DNA of 61,049 nucleotides, the filler included, from Hausera hauseri (taxonomy: Eukaryota): the NCBI GenBank assembly GCA_046269625.1. It is 11 parts of 11 records of this genome, joined end to end, with 100 filler letters (N's around TTAATTAATTAA, not from the genome) between each part and the next. Parts side by side here need not be neighbours in the genome. Positions count along the whole stretch, not along the records: positions 20,073 to 26,124 come from JBJURY010147757.1; positions 26,225 to 30,464 come from JBJURY010681995.1; positions 30,565 to 36,453 come from JBJURY010173639.1; 8 more parts are not named here. One strand, written 5' to 3'. This document shows, one piece after another, positions 24,170 through 36,300 of this stretch; within the stretch, counting starts at the first letter, position 1, and every line of letters starts with the position of its first letter. The translations under genes were made by a program, and so were the position numbers. The notes under the pieces were generated by a model. It was not told the DNA's origin and made no database searches. It was given only the letters and a program-made list of their open reading frames with translations.

Positions 24170-24960
24170 ACCGAGTTTCCCATCAAAAGTGCGGCCATGT
24201 CTTGAGCGTCTTTAAATCGACCGGACTCAATCATGCATTTGGTATAGAGACAATTAATGTATCGATCCTCTGTGTCCAATGATTGGGCCTCGTCCAAATA
24301 ATTACTGGCCAAATGGCGATTCCCAGCATCGTAATAAATACGACCTTTCAGTGCATAGAAGTCAGAGTTGGTGTGATATAGCCGGTTTTCAACGAGCTGT
24401 AAGGCATCCAAAACTCGACCCGTATGACTATAGTGTTGTGCCAGCAGATAATTAAGAAACATTTCGATCGTCGACGGTTCGATCTCGGCATCGACACCTT
24501 CCAATATCTGATATTCGTAAATGTTACGTGTATGTTTTGTAGAGTGTCCCTAGAATATCGACCTTTTCCGGAACGTTGTAGGGAAATTTCAATTGCACAA
24601 ACAACGCCCAAAGTCTCTTGCGAAGGGAACGTTTAATGTAATCATCAGCATATCGCTGAAACTTTTCACAGCGTAGTTTTTTTAGTGGAATCCACCGAGG
24701 CGTAAGTGCTCTCGGGTACTTTGCAATTAATTCATCAAGTAATTTGATAATCATATCCTCGTCATCGGTTACTTGTTTAGACTCCATAAATTTATAGTAA
24801 TAATACTCATTGTCCGGATTTCTATCGATTAATTCTCGAAAGATTTTCTCGGCGTCAGTATATCGATGGAGCCTTAGATAAAGTTCATCCTTGAATTCTT
24901 GGTAATGAAGTTTATCCACGATGCTCGATTCATTGCAATTCAAAAGGCTTAAAGCTTCCT
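24170..24960 (-). pseudogene. NAA15: NatA auxiliary subunit (NAA15/NAT1-like TPR) internal fragment, intronless
   Basis: IVDKL..E.K.EL.L.L.R..DA....[11 protein letters not shown]; YLLAQHY; KGRIYYDAG; LDEAQSLDTEDRYIN. Confidence 0.85.
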
Positions 24961-26124
24961 CAAAATTTCTGCTGGTTAGTAAATATCTCTTGATTCTACT
25001 CAGGGCTTCGTATGGATTATCGTACGATCGTTCAGTCAAGCCCGATTCTTGCCGTTGACTGTGGATGAGACGATTTTTAACACTAAATGCGTCTTTCAAT
25101 CGTTCAAGAGCGAGAATTAAAATTTTCGTATCGTGTTTGTTCGTCAAAGGTGGAAACGGAATGGGCGAATAACGTCTACTGTTAAGCTAGTGCACAGATT
25201 GTGCGTAAATGGCCACACCTTCTTCGTTAACCAAATATGGACCGTCTTTCAAGTAGTTGTTTTGTCTTTCTTGTTCCAATTTCAAGTTCAGACAAGTAAG
25301 TTGACCCAAGATTTTCTTACACACTGTTTTGTCGACTTGCATTCCTTCGGATTCTCTCACGATTGTAATGAGCAGTTTTTGTCCACCAATCAGTCTTATT
25401 CTTCAAGTATCGTAAAATCATATTCTTGACAAGTGCCGGCAAATTTGGCACTTTCCAGGGAATATTAGCCTTCCAACATCGCCATGTTTCACTTAAATGC
25501 TGCAAAATACTTTTAGCTTTCGTTTGTTTAATTCCCTCCGGCATCATATCGACAATATCGTGCATAATCGAAGCCCTTAACTCCAGATCGTAATGAGACT
25601 GAACTTTCTGCTTCGTAACAGTTTTAGCAACGCTCTTAATGTGCCGATCTTTAAATTGCCTTGACAAAAAATTGCCTAACCATCGCTCAAGCAGAGGTGT
25701 GATTCCTCGCAAAAGGAAAAGACACACACGCCACATCGGGGTCCAAAATCCAACACCGGGACCTTTCGTAACATTACCTGTATTGAATCGATAGTAAATC
25801 AAATGTTTCAGATCTTTACACATTCTAATCTGTCTCATCAATTTATATTTGTATCGGTACATGCCCGTCAATTGACCGATATGAGCAAATACGTATTGTA
25901 GACCATCGGCCAGCTGGAATGCATCAATGTTCCCCAAACGATATTGCACGTGACAATCAACGACCAATTTGGTAAATCGTAGAATTTCTCGCATCAAATG
26001 AAATGCATTTCCAAATCGAGACTTCTTTCTTTCTTTAGTCGTTAACGTTTTAACTGGTTTCAAATTGAAATTGAAATCCAAATGCAAATAATTCAAATTT
26101 TTACGATGAATGAGCAAATTCAAC
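24961..26124 (-). pseudogene. PRPF8: PRP8 spliceosomal protein internal fragment, intronless, with stop/frameshift
   Basis: [88 protein letters not shown]. Confidence 0.97.
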
Positions 26125-26224
26125 NNNNNNNNNNNNNNNNNNNNNNNNNNNNNNNNNNNNNNNNNNNNTTAATTAATTAANNNNNNNNNNNNNNNNNNNN
26201 NNNNNNNNNNNNNNNNNNNNNNNN

Positions 26225-26410
26225 ATGTCCTACAAGAAACGAGGCACGAGTTACGAATTTCGCAATGTTTGGTGACAATGTCAAGTGAATGTCGGTGAGT
26301 TGAATGCACACAATTTGAACTCGGTCTGACCATAGGAACATGGGGAAAAATTGACGGGAAAATTTCAAACGGTAAAAATTTCCCATTTTTCAAGTCTGCT
26401 GGCTGTGGAT
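26225..26410 (+). repeat. Third copy of the ~608-bp repeat family
   Basis: Aligns with 6495-6685. Confidence 0.85.
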
Positions 26411-26419
26411 GAATACCTC

Positions 26420-27480
26420 CAAGGTTTAAACGAGCAAAATCAAAGGATTCCAATACAAATTTACGAGTCACCTATTGGCACCCAGAAGACGAAATTTGAC
26501 GTGCAAATGCTACTTTATTCCACACTAGCTGAAAAGGAATTGAGCAGAGTGTTGAAAATAGACATAAGTGAAGATAGGTTAAAGAAATTGATTCCAACCT
26601 TGACCAAGCTATCCAGTGAAAACACCACATACAGTACTGTACTCAAGCTCCTAATAAGAGAATACGGCAAACTACTGAAAAATAAACCAAAAGCGGAAAT
26701 AAAAGTCAAAGTATCATCCGAAGGGATGGACGACAAAAAATTTGAGTGCACTACTTATACCATCGTCGCGGATATAAAACAGCGGATAATTGATAAGGAT
26801 AGTAGGAAAGGAGTTAATTACCGACTCTATTTCAGAGGCAGAATATTAGACGACCTAGAATCCTTAGTACACGTGAGAATCATACCTCTTGAAGAAAACT
26901 GAATAATAGCAGTAGTCGTCAGTGAGAAAACCAAAGATGAAGCTGTCAGGAAGGCGCATACAAAGCATTGCGTCGAAAGAATCATGGGAATTCAAGACGC
27001 CGCAATGTATTTCGAATACTTGCAGACTGATGATGATAAAAATTTAGTCCCTCTAAGCGAAACCTTACCACCAGTAAAAGCGAAACGACCGGTCGGAAGG
27101 CCGAGGAAAATAAAAGAAATTGACTACAATGCAGATCTAATTGGGGAATTGAGAAATTATCAGTACCAACCCCAAGTTCAGATAACGAAGAACTAGTTGA
27201 GCTAATGAAAGACCTAATTAGGATAGTCAACTATACCGGACTCCAAGGCGACATGTTATCTAAGAAGGAAAGGCTAATATATAATATAGCCCTGACAATG
27301 ACGACTTCGCGATTTAAATGATCTAAAAGCACCCTTTCTGACGAAACAATAATTGATAGAATTATGTTAGACAGTCCGATGGAAGAACTAAGGAAAGTCT
27401 TGATATACTTAGAGGTAAGATCCAACCCCCCTCCGAGAAAATGAATTTGACAAGATAATTGGGTTAGCTAGAAAAGCTGC
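26420..27480 (+). pseudogene. Polyprotein region upstream of env: ubiquitin-like domain (~26690-26890) and AT-hook (27083-27109)
   Basis: IKVKV..KFEC..IVADIKQRI..YRLYFRGRILDDLESL resembles ubiquitin (IENVKAKI..QRLIFAGKQLEDGRTL); KRPVGRPRK. Confidence 0.6.
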
Positions 27481-27599
27481 GAGAAGGGTGCCTAAAGAAA
27501 TAAAATGGACTAAATTGTTTGAAAAAGAGGAAAAAATAAAAGGGACTAATAAGATGGAGGACATGATACAAAATATCTCTCCCAACAAAAAAAACAAAT

Positions 27600-29450
27600 C
27601 CAAATGGTTAATCAACTTGCTGACGATAATGATGTTAGTAAAGCAGCTAGGAGCAGTCACCGTATATGACTGCGACAAATTTAAGGTGGGTCAGAGATAT
27701 TTCCTAATGGATCTGGTAGTATGCGAAGATGCCAAACCACACAAGTTGGAAACAAGAGAGAAAAATTATTTCCTGTACCAACAACAAGAACTGATATCGT
27801 TAGACGGAATGGAATGTATTCTGAGACGATCGCGTAGCATTTTTCACTGTGGGTTAGTACACGAACATTCCTCAATAATCAAACCAACAACTTCTCTAAT
27901 TCCCATGAACTTAGAACACCAGCACTGCAAACAAGGTAAGGAGACCGGTAGAGTACAATGGGACAGTATGCAATTGGAAATGCAACCAGGAAAGATAATT
28001 AGGGCATACAAGATAGTGACGGAAAGGTTAGACATGCATAACGGACATTGTCACGGAGCGGAATACGGCACGAGAAAAGGATTGGAAGCAAATGTGGTAG
28101 TCGTGGATTTCTACGAATCGGAGATGCGATCACAGAAAGTAATGTTCCATAGCGTCACTAAGTTATACACTGAGAATCAGAAATGTCATTTACAAGACGG
28201 AACCTGTGCTTTTAGAAGTTCTGTTATAATCTGGGAACCTCCTTCTGGAAGAAGTTGTAATTTTATTAAAATTAAGGAACTGAAGTTTAATGAAACTACG
28301 GGAAAGAGATATGTGCATAAATCAGATACCAACTCGAGGGCGCGCGAAGACGTATTAGAACACATTACACCCACTATATTAATCTCGGATCAGCACGGAC
28401 TGAAATTTATTAAAAAAGGATGATCTCTCGTTGTGACGTAGTGATGTTCGCTGCTAACTATGCAGGATGTTCGAATTGAGGACTACCTGAAAAACAGCGA
28501 TGATTACTTTTATTACAAAGGGCAAGTCGGAATAACGGAATTATATCACAAAATGATAATGAATGACTGTAAATTAGATACCGAAATCATGAGGACGAAA
28601 TTGGCTCAGATATATGCCAACCCAGAATTGGCTTCTTCAATAATTCCTATGAGAGAAAGAATTTTCGGTCGGATTACAGACGAAGTATTGCTAACCTATG
28701 AATGCGAAAACAGAGATGTACCTATCAACGTGGAAGAAAAACGTTGCTTTCAGGAACTTCCGGTTATTTATCAAAATACTTCAAGGTTAGCTATACCGTT
28801 GACGAGAGTGCTATTGGACAATGCAACCAAACCAACCATCCTTAAAGATTGTAAGACGAGTTTAGGAGAACCCATATTTAGGCTGAGTGAAACCGACTAT
28901 GTTAGTTTGCCAAATGGAGGTATTACTGCCGCCCCAAATAAATTGACAGGAACAAATCTTGCCAAAGGAATTACGGACGATAAGTTTCAAGACAACTCAT
29001 CCAAAGGCATATATAGGCCAAAGGAAATCGAAGCTTTCAGGCAATTCCTCGCTTTTCCGCGACAGCGGACGCACGAATTAAATCGGGCCATGGCCTCGGT
29101 AGTAGATGACACACGATATCAAGCCAAATGGGAATCATTACTTGGCGTAAACCATTACCAGCGAGTAACCACAGAAATACTCTACAAAATTTAGGGGAGA
29201 TTTTTGACTTTCGGACAAGTAGCATCCGGAATTTTAGCGATATATTTTCTGATACAAATGACTAAAGCATTCATCCAAGCAGTAATTAATGGGTATGATA
29301 TATTTACATTGACGGGATTTTCTTGCAAAATACTGATTGCAATCATAACATTTTTCGGAAAATTCTTAAAGGCATACAAAGAAAGTAGATGGAAATCGGA
29401 CGTAGAACGCCATGTTGGTTATTATAATCGTAAGCGAAAAATGAGACCTA
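27600..29450 (+). pseudogene. env: Chuvirus/herpes gB-like class III fusion glycoprotein (env), disrupted
   Basis: Signal peptide, then VYDC; ECILRRSRSIFHCG; C...ETG; ANPE; GRITDEVLLTYEC..CFQELPV..P.TRVL; GIY; TM region FGQVASG..INGY..TGFSCKILIAI; basic tail. Confidence 0.85.
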
Positions 29451-30053
29451 TATTCGTGCGGAAACGGAAATTTAAAAAACATAATACACAAAAAAAAACA
29501 ATTCAGATGATGACGAGCCTAAGGGAGGAGAGGTACTGTCAGGAATAAACAGACATAGGACGTACTCTGTCATTAAAGCAGCGTTCCTATACTACCCCCT
29601 ACCGCGCCATTCTACGAAGACTGCGACAAACGATCAATGGGTTCATACCAGACGGAGATTTACAGAAAAACAATTAACGTAGAAGACCCTTATGAAGTAA
29701 CGAAACGTTACGGAATACTACGGAAAATGTGCTACCGACAATCCACAGATGGTCCCAAGATGTTGTATTCTCCAAAAGAACCTCGGAATATAGAAACCAG
29801 ATCAACGGTTTGGGACAATCCAAGGTTAAAAACCTTCCAGAATACTGAACTACATACTAACAATCGAGAACTGTTAATTAGTACGCATGAAGCGGAAGAA
29901 TTACACATAGAAAACAACGAATTATATCCAAACGAAGAATTAAGACAACTATCAGAGAATATAGTATCCTCCCAGAAATCCAAATCAATGGACATAAAAT
30001 ATCGGTAATTAAACGCCCAAAACAGGCAACAAACTGTTTCGGAACAGTAATAG

Positions 30054-30380
30054 AAGGAAGATCTTTTGCCAAAATCATTCTTGAAAATTGGGAAGTTTAC
30101 GCACTAATCGATACAGGTTCTGAGATGTCCTACATTAAAAATGATTCAATACCTCAAGCGTTGAGAGGAAAATTATATCCACCATCTACAAAAAATCCAG
30201 GAAGTACAGGAGCTTTTGGCCAAATGTCAAAACTAATGTTTAAATAGAACCCAGAAGTTCAAATAGTTGGACAGTTTTTCCATCACGAATTTGCAGTCAT
30301 GGAGAAATTAACTGACGACGTAGTTCTAGTATTCGATTCATTAAAAAGATTACCAAATATAGCAATCGACTTACAAACAG
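30054..30380 (+). pseudogene. Retropepsin aspartic protease
   Basis: FAKIILENWEVYALIDTGSEMSYI (DTG at 30110) and downstream VVLVFDSL. Confidence 0.8.
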
Positions 30381-30564
30381 TGAAGCTAATAGAAATCAGG
30401 CCGAATAAAGGCGTGAAAAACGCTAAGGATAGAAAATTTGGATAAGTTTGGATACCCGTAGACANNNNNNNNNNNNNNNNNNNNNNNNNNNNNNNNNNNN
30501 NNNNNNNNTTAATTAATTAANNNNNNNNNNNNNNNNNNNNNNNNNNNNNNNNNNNNNNNNNNNN

Positions 30565-30830
30565 ATGTTTATAATCATCGTGTAACACTGTTTTCTGTGT
30601 CATTTTTTAACTGGTCTATATCTAAAGCACAGTATACATGTTTAAAAGGAGTGGTGAAAGCAGTGAGCCTTGTGGTACCCAGGGACAATTAGTTTCTAGC
30701 TCTGACTACAAGCTGAGTGGGACTTTCCTCTGAAACAAGACTGACTATCCATTGTATGAAGAGCGGGTGTATTTTAGGTTGGATTAGTAGGTGCATAAGA
30801 TTTTCAAAAGGCACTCCGTTGTACCCCAGC
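30565..30830 (-). mobile_element. Decayed non-LTR (LINE) reverse transcriptase fragment
   Basis: Minus strand reads VPQGSLLSPLLLNMYT and FIQWIVS. Confidence 0.6.
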
Positions 30831-31170
30831 TTGCATATCTATCGCCTTTGTGTGAATACATGCAGTGTGAAAACATATATGTAACTCTGCTCACTTAGTC
30901 ATTTGATGATAACCTAAAATAAATCACTAGCATTTCCAGTGGTCAATATAGAAGAACAGGATGACATTTCTAACAGTCAGTTAACATAGAATTTCTCATA
31001 ACTGACAGTAATTTGTTTATCTAGGCAGTCTCTGTAGGATAATTGAATAGGCAATATAAGATAATTGTCTGGTCTATTCTCTGACAAAAGGCAAATCGAA
31101 TGTGCCATCAAATTTTATATGTCTCTCAATTCCCTGCGTAATCTGTTCAATGAATTTATCGATTCCTTTA

Positions 31171-31694
31171 TCATGATGTGTCGGTATACCTTTGCGTTTC
31201 TGAGGTATGTTTGATTGTATGAACAATTGTAGCTGAATTCGTAATCAAACAGATATATGCCAGTCCCTCCTGCATAACAGCAGCCAAATCTGCTTGATTT
31301 GACGCATCACTACATATATCAATGAGATCCAAAGCAACACTATCCCACATCGTTTTGTACAATGAATATTTCGTATTCGGAATTATACTCAAACTGTGAC
31401 AAGCACCCATTTTGACAAATTCGTTTTCTTCAACATTGTGACCTTTGATGATGATTTGTGAACCATTTCCATCATAATCCGTATTTTCCACTTCAATTGT
31501 CAACATCGTTCGAATTTGTTTAACATTTGCCGATCCCGTTGACGATTCATTTTGAACTTTCCGCAATGTCGATGATCGGATTCTGTCACCATATTCTATT
31601 AAATCATACGTTGTCCATAAATCTTTGCCATTTTCTGTATCAGTGTGACTTTTCCATTTTTATTCTTATCAATATATTTATTAACGAGCTTCAT
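31171..31694 (-). pseudogene. PELO: Pelota/Dom34 N-terminal half, intronless, frameshifted
   Basis: MKLV.K..GKVTL..DLWTTYDLI..GD.IRSSTLRKVQNESSTGS; KGHNVEENEFVKMGA.H; WDSVALD; ADLAAVMQEGLA.ICL. Confidence 0.92.
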
Positions 31695-31889
31695 AGCTTC
31701 TGTTTCACAAATCTTACAAAAGAAATCTCTTTTCAAATATTAATCAGTTTGACTTACGTAGAAAAAAATGACGTTCAACAATCGAAATTTAAAACAAACG
31801 TTATATATATATATATATATATATTTGTAAAACATAAACGTTTTATATATTTGTTTAAACAAACTGTAAATATTCAAGGTCGTCAAATC

Positions 31890-33256
31890 CGGCAATAACG
31901 TTGGCGATATAATTTTCCACATTAACAGGGCAAATGCATAAATGTCGGCCGAAAAGAAATGTTCAAATTTAATCGGGCACAGTTTCTGATGGCTGCCATT
32001 CGGGTTACTTGAAAATGTCATGTCCGGTATTGAATTTACCAAACCGTCCAAGTCCGAACAAAGACAATTGACAAGGATTTCCAGTAAACCGAGATCACCG
32101 ATGCATGCTTCACCCGGTTTGATAATGAGAATATTTTTCGATTTCAAATCGCGATGTGCTATCGACGGTTTCCCTTGCGGTCCGCTGACAATTTCGTTAT
32201 GAAGATGGGACAGACCGGCAGCAATCGAGTATGACAATTTAAGACAATCCTTGACTGATACAAATGCCGTGTGGAGATAATCATAAAGCTAACCGAGTTC
32301 GTGATAATGCATTATGAGCCACAGTTGCGTACAACCGAATTGGGATGCCATATCGGATGCGTAATAGCCCAGTATGTTCGGATGACGTAGTAAAAATATG
32401 TTGTAAATATGCGTTTTCCGTGCCCAACTCGTCTCATCGCGACTAGAAAAGATTTTAACGGCGACCAATTCACTGTAATAAGCGCCTTTCCATACTTCAC
32501 CAAATCGACCTTTCCCAATTGCATTGATTAGTTAAACTTATATGGCGATTGTTCGCTGTACGAGAAACGGTATACCGGAACCGCTGCCACTCGTGTATGA
32601 ATCGCACTGTAGAGTCTGCTGATACGGACTGAAGTGCGTCAATCCGTCTTCGGTCGACGGTAGAATGACGCTAAAATTACCGACGTATCGACTACCGCCA
32701 TTCGATTGCAAACATTTGTCGAAGCACGGTTTAGAAAACGACGATGGGGGATTAGCACGAATTTCCGATAGTGTTGTGTTGTTGATTTCTGTCGTTAATG
32801 TTAGGTTGGAATAAATTTTCAAATATTTCGTCAGGTTATTATGATGTTTGCTTGAGATAATTAGGCGAATAATGACGACAAGCATAACCAAAATGCATAA
32901 CGGCAGAATAATTTTCACAGAGATATTGTAGTAATCAAAATCTGCGGTTAATATAGTCTTATGAACTGATAATTCCTCACTGATGTTAGAACTTACGTTC
33001 AAAAAACAACGTTCGAAAGCATAACATCGAATTGATACATTATATCGATTTGAGCAAAAATCTGACAATCGGATGGACTGATTAAGACAGCCGAATAATA
33101 TTTTGGACGATTGTCTATCAAAGGAGTTGTAGCAACCTTAATTTGAGATACAAAAATTCTCAAAACAAACAGTTGAATTACATAAACATCGATAAACCAT
33201 GATTTATGAAGTTTGAAAAATTCGTCATTCATATACACTGTTTTGCCAAAACTCAA
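31890..33256 (-). pseudogene. TGF-beta/BMP type I receptor (ACVR1/ALK2/Saxophone-like), intronless, disrupted
   Basis: TM helix; GS box TSGSGSGIPFLVQRTIA; GKGRFGEVW; [11 protein letters not shown]; IASDM..TQLWLI.HYHE; GKPSIAHRDLKSKNIL; ADIYAFAL. Confidence 0.9.
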
Positions 33257-33338
33257 ATTAATCTTATGAGCATCCTAAATCAGAGCTTCAAAATGAAAAC
33301 CTGTTTCTTTCTTATTTGTAATTTATTTGTAAAATTTT

Positions 33339-36300
33339 CGAGCGGAGAATCGGGCCTAACTATGTATCCGATACGACGGCAACGGACGCCCGGCCGTGCC
33401 CGACCAAATGGGCCAAAGAGCATCGGCTGCGATGGGCACCATCTCACCCCCCGTGGCAAAGGGAAAACTATAAAGATCAAAATAGACGGAAAGAAAAATC
33501 GCTAAACGAAAAAGTGTCTATGTCAGCTGGTCTTAGTGTAAAGAAGACGTTGCGTGCCTTCTACTGATTTTTTATGCTACACATGCTAAATGTGACTCTG
33601 CGTGTTTTGCTTGTATACGATGTGTTTGCTTGCAGAGTTTGAAGTTGGGGAAAAATGTCGGATTTTGTTGTGGGTGTTGTGTCGTGCAAAGACGAGTCAG
33701 AATAAGGAGAAGAAGAAGGTGAAGGAAGAAGAGAGGTTGTTGGAGACAGACGGTTAAAGGTATTCAACAGAGTGTTAGAAGACAGATGGCTAAAAAAAGT
33801 GTAGTGGCGGATAAAGGAGTGGAGACAAAAGTGGCGTAGAAATTGGAATTGTATTATGTGAAAGAGTAGAAGTGGAGGATGAAACAGAGGTAGTAGTAGT
33901 AGAGAGAGGAAGAGAGATAGGGATAAGAGTAGAGCGAGAGAAGAAAGTTGCAAGGCGGAGATGAAAGGAGTAAAAGACGATGTATGAGGAGACAGGGAAA
34001 AAAGGAGCGCCAAAAATGAGGAAGGTTTGGAAGGAGAAAGCGAGAGAGAGAGAGAGAGAAAAGACGCGAAGACGGACAAAACGGAAGAGAGCAAGAAGAT
34101 CGAGAAGGCGAAGAAAGTTGTTGGAAGGTGGTATGCAAGAGGTTGTAATGATGAAAGGGGTAGATGGAGAGATTGGTAATGTCGAAATGGTGTTTGGCGA
34201 AGGAAGTCTTGTCAGAGGAGGAAGCAGGTTGTCCCCAAGGTATTACGGGGGTGTTAAAAGGCTTGAAAATGCAGAATCGGATGGGGAAAAGGGGATGAGC
34301 TGTCAGAAAAAATTGAAATAGAAGTCTTGAGAAAAAAAGTAGGGCAAAGTAGGTTAAAGAATTGAACAGAAATAGTGGGTAAATTTTTGGATTGTTGCGC
34401 ATCGTGTAAAGATGTTTGTGAAAAAGTGGTTTCGATGGGAGATGTATCGTCAATGAAGAAAGCCGGCTTAGCGTTGTTGATGTGGATTGTCACTTCTTTG
34501 TCGTCCTTGAGAATGATGATGTTGTAAGAGTGTAAGCGAATTACTTTATAAGGGCTAACATACTGAGGTTGAAAACCACACGGCGTCTGATTATTTAGCC
34601 ATACAAACTTGACAGTATATAAATCGTCGGGTATGTTGGGTTTATTTCCGTGTAACGGTCTACAATATGAGTCTTTGCTGATCTCAATGAAGTGTCTCTG
34701 GGCCGCTTGTATGGTTTCGTTTGTAGGAATATTGTCCAGCTCTGCCAGCTCGAATAATGGTCTGATAGAAGTACCAAATAATGCTTCTTCAGGACAGCAG
34801 CCTGCAGAAGTAGATGGTGTGTTCCGCCAGCCAAGCAGAACGTACGGAAGTAGTGTAATCCAACTGCGATGGGACTCAGCACGGATTTTGAGAGACTTTT
34901 TCATCGTTCGGTGAAAGCGTTCGAGAAGGCCATTCGATTGAGGATGATATTGTGACGTGTGTATGAGAATAATTCACAATCGATTGACAAGAACTTTAAA
35001 CAGGTTAGATTCGAACTGTGGACCTAGGTCCGAAATAATGTGGCTAGGTGATGAAACTTGCTGATTCAAGTGCGGATGTAAACGTCTGCAATTGTTTCTG
35101 TGTTGATGCTCCGAAGCGGGACAGCCTCTGGCCATCTCGAGGAACGGTTCATCATTGTGAAAATGAACTGATGGCCGCTGTTTAAGGGTAGTGGGCCTAC
35201 AAGGTCAATGTGAAGAGATCCAAAAGGGACGTGCAGGGAAAATAATATAGTGGTGGTTTAAGTGCTTAGTATCTTTGTATTTTTGGCATGCCACACACTG
35301 CCTAACCCATGCCTGCACGTCAGAACGCATTGATGGCCATACAACTTGGTGTTGTAAGAGTCGAAACGTGGCCTTGGCACCGGGATGATGCAACGAATGG
35401 ATGTTATTGAATGCTTCTTTCTGAAGAGATTCGGAAAGGATGATTTTAGGATTATTAGGTTTGAAGGTGTCAAAGGCCACACCGACAATGGTTTTGCATG
35501 ATTTAACAGATTTAAAGATGTCAGGAGGTGGCTGGTTTTGTTGAAGTTTGGACTGAGAGAAAATTGGTGTAAAATTAATCGAGCTGCCCGATCGTGAAAA
35601 ATAAATCAACTACCACATTGTCAACTCCGTTTAGGTGCTTAATTTTAAAATTAAATGTGGACAAATACGATATTTGCCTTTCCTTACGTGGAGAAGACGA
35701 TTTCATGGTGAGCATTTTAATTAAGGGCTAGCGGTCCGTTTGTATTGTAAAGGTTTGTGCGGTTAGCAGATGCTTAAAGTGTTTTACGGCAAGGACCATT
35801 GCAAGCAACTCTCTGTCAAAGGTGGAATAACTTTGCTCTTGTGTTGTGAATTTTCGAAAAAAGAATTCTAATGGCTCATGGGATCCATTTTGACTTGATG
35901 GAGGACAGCACCTGCAGCTGTTGTGGATTTCCACGGTTTTTAGATTACCTCTGAAGTGATCGAAAGTGTTGACTAGCTTGCCGGTCCATTGAATAGGCTG
36001 TTTTCTCTTGCCAGAGCTTATGGATGCAAATGGAGCGCTTAGAGTGGAACAGTGTGGAATATACTTATGAATAAAGTGCAACGTTCCGAGGAAAGAACGC
36101 ATCTCTGATGATGTACGTGGTAGATGTATGTTTTTGAGCTGTGAATGTCCGGAGGAGCTAATAACATGTCCTAGGAAGTTGACTTTATGTTGAAAAAAAG
36201 AGCATTTGGAGAAATTAATTTGCAAGTTGTTTTAATGCAAGTGCTGGAAGATCAAACGTAAGTGTTCGGAGTGTTGTTTCGAGGAAGATGATGCAATTAG

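Noticed and set aside
24170-33256. PRP8, NAA15, pelota and the receptor as functional host genes
   Set aside because: All are partial, and carry stops, frameshifts or fusions.
33561-34453. Hydrophobic or Arg-rich ORFs (33561-34094, 33980-34321, 44798-45187) as membrane or env proteins
   Set aside because: They are alternative-frame or antisense readings of a pyrimidine-rich low-complexity tract.
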